Virus record (IMG/VR): IMGVR_UViG_3300037295_000360
Location: 1 to 64,000 of that record
DNA: 64,000 bases
Strand: one strand, 5' to 3'
Source: an uncultured virus (IMG/VR IMGVR_UViG_3300037295_000360)
Lineage: Duplodnaviria; Heunggongvirae; Uroviricota; Caudoviricetes
How positions within the stretch are numbered: the first letter of the stretch is position 1; every line of letters starts with the position of its first letter. The position numbers were made by a program, and so were the translations under genes. Shown piece by piece: positions 60,423 through 64,000 of the stretch. The notes beneath the pieces are model-generated. The model was not told the origin of the DNA. It made no database searches and was given only the letters and a program-made list of their open reading frames with translations.

Positions 60423-61642
60423 TCTATAGAAATTCACGCCGACTAGAGAAATTCACGGCGAGGCGCGAAGTGATGTGAGGTAAATGCGCCTAATTATAAT
60501 TAATATTAATAGTATCTATAATAAAGGGCATGGTTTTCCGCCTAACCCAAAGTCAACCATTATTCCCAGGTGAGAAATACCTGCAATTGGCCCTCATCAC
60601 CTCCAAGATTCTCCAAGTACTCAAAGAACGCATAAGATCCTTCCAATATCATCCGCACCATGTAATCCCTCACATCACAACATCACCTCCAAGTGTACAG
60701 AACGCCTACAGAATATTGATACACCTCATCCCTAATGGTACCCCCTAAAAGGCCTATAGTACCTGGTAGAAAAATATTCCCAGAATTTTTTTAGAGGCCT
60801 CAAGGGCTGTTCGACTTCTTAAGTACTAATAGATATGTAGGCATGAGGACACACCTATTTAATACCTTTGATACCTTTGATACCTTACAGAATTCAAGTA
60901 CCCATACGTGACCGTCAGACAACATGTGATATTATTTTAAAAAGATTCACACATTGCTGAAACATTATGGGGTACTGTCAATATAACTAAAGTCTTTAAG
61001 CCTTTGGGGTAAGTTAGCTGAGCAGTGACGAGGATACTTTGAGGTCTCAGTGTGATTTGAGGTTTGACTAGTCAATTTTAAAAACAAAAAGAGTGTCATG
61101 TAGGCATTGATTGGGCGGTGAAACTGTATGATGTATGGTGCACTATAACAAATTATAGTCTATATAAAAATTATAGTAGAAGGGTTAATATAATAGAACC
61201 TAATAAGACACGCGGATTTAGATGTAACGTTACAGAATTGAATTCAATTCACCGCCAATTTGTCATATGCCTAGGCAGGACTCAATATGGTGTGGGAAAT
61301 GGGTGTCGTTGCAGGGGTCACTTTGCCAATTCTCAAACATTGGTATTTCTACATGGTATTAGATAGGTATGCCCGGGCCCTTTCGAATTTTCAGAGGTGA
61401 TTTGATGTTGCTGGTAATTTGATACTTGACGGTATTCGGAGGAACCCTATGGTATTAGGTGGGAATCGAGGCCTAGGCCCCTATATTCTTGCAAAAATAA
61501 TTTTTTTTTAAAACTGAGAATTAAATTTTCCCACACATTAGGACAAACTAAAGAATATGATTTAATTAGATGGCACACCTCTAATTACCTTGAGTAGTAA
61601 ACAAAATACAAATACTTAATATAACTAGAATAAATAAAAATT

Positions 61643-61864
61643 ATGTGGAAAACTAAAAAATTTACAAGAACCAACGGAACATCTTCAGTAAAAATGATTT
61701 GTCAAAATTCAGATCCAAGTCGAAGCAAATGGAGTGACTATGGACCTGAAGGAAAAGTTTGCAATGAATTCACTGAAGTGAGCGAACAAACAACAGCAGT
61801 GTTATGTCCATCATGTACACAGAGATCTGTTAATAATGTAGGAAGATCTACAACTAAAAAATAA
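61643..61864 (+). CDS. Small Cys-rich (Zn-binding) protein
   Basis: CQN..CN..CPSC. Confidence 0.6.
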   Translation: MWKTKKFTRTNGTSSVKMICQNSDPSRSKWSDYGPEGKVCNEFTEVSEQTTAVLCPSCTQRSVNNVGRSTTKK

Positions 61865-61877
61865 TTAAATAATTTAA

Positions 61878-63152
61878 ATGAGTAACAGCGTAGAAAGAAA
61901 CAAAATAATATTTGATCTCATAGACGAAGAATCCACGAGACAAAGGGGTGGATTAGAATTAATAGCATCCGAAAATTACGTAAGCCCAGAGGTATTGAAA
62001 GCATGTGGTTCGATATTAACAAATAAGTATGCTGAAGGATATCCGGGAAGGAGATATTATGGAGGTTGTGAAGTTGTTGATGAAATTGAAAAGCTGGCAA
62101 TAGATCGGGCAAAGGAATTGTTTGGCGCAGAATATGCAAATGTTCAACCACATTCAGGTTCGCAGGCAAATACTGCAGTTTTCTTTGCATGTTTAAAACC
62201 GGGAGATAAAATACTTGGTTTTGATTTATCACATGGTGGACATTTAACACATGGTTCAGGTGTTAACTTCTCTGGAAGAATTTACACACCTTCATTTTAT
62301 GGTGTTGAAGAATCTACAGGTCTTTTATGTTATGATAAAATTCAAGAAATTGCGGAGAAGGAAATGCCAAAAATGATTATAGCAGGTGCGTCTGCGTATT
62401 CAAGAGATATGGATTTTAAAAGATTTAGACAAATTGCAGATAGTGTTGGTGCACTTCTACTTGCAGATATTTCACATCCATCTGGTTTAATCGCAACAGG
62501 ATTATTAAATGATCCAATTCCTCATTGTCATATTGTAACAACTACTACACATAAAACCCTACGTGGTCCGAGGGGTGGATTGATTATGATGGGTAAAGAT
62601 TTTGAGCATCCTTCATATAATGGCGATCTTAAAATGATGTCATACTTATTAAACATGGCAGTTTTTCCAGGAAATCAAGGAGGACCTTTGATGCATATCA
62701 TTGCTGCAAAGGCAATCGCATTTGGAGAAGCACTTACCGATAATTATTTACAATATAATATTCAACTACAAAGGAATGCAAAGGCAATCGGCAAAGCATT
62801 TATTAAAAGAGGATATCATATCATTTCAGGAGGTACTGATAATCACATGATATTAATTGATTTAAGAAATAAAAACATTTCTGGAAAAAAGGCTGAACGA
62901 GCATTAGAACTTGCAGGTATTACTGTAAATAAAAATCTTGTTCCATTTGATGATAAGTCTCCATTTGTAACATCCGGTATTCGAATAGGAACGCCTGCCG
63001 TAACAACACGTGGACTTGTTGAACATGATATGGAATATATTGTTGAATTAATTGATATGGTAATATTAAATCATGACGATGATTTAATGATATCTAAAGT
63101 CAAGGCCCTTGTAAACAATATGATGTTTTCTAGAGAAATATTTGTATTTTAG
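61878..63152 (+). CDS. glyA: Serine hydroxymethyltransferase
   Basis: [41 protein letters not shown]. Confidence 0.98.
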   Translation: MSNSVERNKIIFDLIDEESTRQRGGLELIASENYVSPEVLKACGSILTNKYAEGYPGRRYYGGCEVVDEIEKLAIDRAKELFGAEYANVQPHSGSQANTAVFFACLKPGDKILGFDLSHGGHLTHGSGVNFSGRIYTPSFYGVEESTGLLCYDKIQEIAEKEMPKMIIAGASAYSRDMDFKRFRQIADSVGALLLADISHPSGLIATGLLNDPIPHCHIVTTTTHKTLRGPRGGLIMMGKDFEHPSYNGDLKMMSYLLNMAVFPGNQGGPLMHIIAAKAIAFGEALTDNYLQYNIQLQRNAKAIGKAFIKRGYHIISGGTDNHMILIDLRNKNISGKKAERALELAGITVNKNLVPFDDKSPFVTSGIRIGTPAVTTRGLVEHDMEYIVELIDMVILNHDDDLMISKVKALVNNMMFSREIFVF

Positions 63153-63263
63153 AATAAAAGAACTATTATTAATTTAAACCCACTTTATGTGGGTTTTTTT
63201 ATGTGAATAAATAAAGAAACAAAATCACTTTTTCCCATAAAACTAGTATAAAATATACAATAT

Positions 63264-64000
63264 ATGTCAAACAATAAAACAACAACGCCATTTATCGATC
63301 AATTCGGAGAAGACCTAACAAAAATGGCAGCTGAAGGTAAATTAGATCCAATAATCGGGAGGGAAAAAGAAGTATATCGTATATGCCAAATTTTATCCCG
63401 TAGAAAAAAGAATAATCCAATTATATTAGGAGATCCTGGTGTTGGTAAAACTGCGCTGGTCGAAGCAATCGCACAACGCATTGTTGATAAAAAGGTTGCA
63501 ATGACTCTTCTTAATAAAAGAATAGTTTCGTTAAACATTGCAAATATAGTCGCGGGTACTAAATATCGTGGAGAATTTGAAGAACGAATGAAAAACATTG
63601 TTGATGAACTGAAGGAAAATAAAGACGTTATTGTGTTTATTGACGAGATTCATACAATAGTTGGTGCAGGTGGAGTGAGTGGTTCATTAGATGCGAGTAA
63701 CATTTTAAAACCAGCATTAGCAAGAGGCCAAGTACAATGTATAGGATCAACAACACTTGATGAATATAGAGAAAATATAGAAAAGGATGGAGCGCTTACT
63801 CGTAGATTCCAAGAAGTATTTATCGATCCTCCAAGTATTGAAGACACTGTCGAAATATTAAATAGAATCAAAGGTAATTATGAAGAGTATCATGCTGTTG
63901 AATATTCAGCCGAGGCGATCGAAGCGTGTGTTACACTTTCAGATAGATATATTACACAAAGAGAACTACCAGATAAGGCTATTGATATTATGGATGAGGC
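63264..64000 (+). CDS. ClpB/ClpC-type AAA+ ATPase lacking the N domain; runs off the window end
   Basis: [55 protein letters not shown]. Confidence 0.95.
   Translation, partial: MSNNKTTTPFIDQFGEDLTKMAAEGKLDPIIGREKEVYRICQILSRRKKNNPIILGDPGVGKTALVEAIAQRIVDKKVAMTLLNKRIVSLNIANIVAGTKYRGEFEERMKNIVDELKENKDVIVFIDEIHTIVGAGGVSGSLDASNILKPALARGQVQCIGSTTLDEYRENIEKDGALTRRFQEVFIDPPSIEDTVEILNRIKGNYEEYHAVEYSAEAIEACVTLSDRYITQRELPDKAIDIMDE

Noticed and set aside
60530..61366. ORFs 60530-60748 and 61118-61366
   Set aside because: Atypical composition, no A-rich leader and no motifs; likely chance ORFs in skewed non-coding DNA
63299..63871. Minus-strand ORFs at the window end
   Set aside because: Antisense shadows of the Clp ATPase, which the track missed because it has no stop in the window
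1..64000. Genome-wide stop-codon reassignment
   Set aside because: Conserved genes are intact in code 11, TAG and TGA end recognisable genes, and no CTA or TCA suppressor anticodon was found; only the TGA at 27412 is suspicious

Overview
AT-rich, gene-dense, almost entirely plus-strand segment of a large lytic (jumbo, loosely T4-like) dsDNA phage. A Bacteroidota/Flavobacterium-type host is inferred from an Hc1 histone-like gene, TAnnTTT-type promoters and the lack of Shine-Dalgarno sites. Enzymes include RNA and DNA ligases, thyA, glyA, a Clp ATPase, an M42 peptidase, cell-wall hydrolases, a collagen tail fibre and several RNA-repair/phosphoesterase enzymes. A tRNA array (9.3-14.6 kb) covers all 20 amino acids. 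Main observations: (1) a minimal circularly permuted two-piece tmRNA (tag ANDKFALAA); (2) a ~480-nt ornate ncRNA preceded by two copies of a ~190-nt RNA with constant scaffold and swapped module; (3) 13 otherwise unrelated proteins plus one remnant sharing an N-terminal MKxIKLFEEFxxE peptide like the T4 capsid-targeting sequence, one being an Acb1-like 2H phosphoesterase; (4) an in-frame TGA exactly at the Cys1 position of a Hint domain; (5) an attC-like palindrome bounding a cassette-like block; (6) about 25 promoter/terminator cassettes and three promoter classes; (7) a divergent gene island flanked by skewed, repeat-bearing non-coding DNA. All calls were made by eye from motifs; no searches were run.
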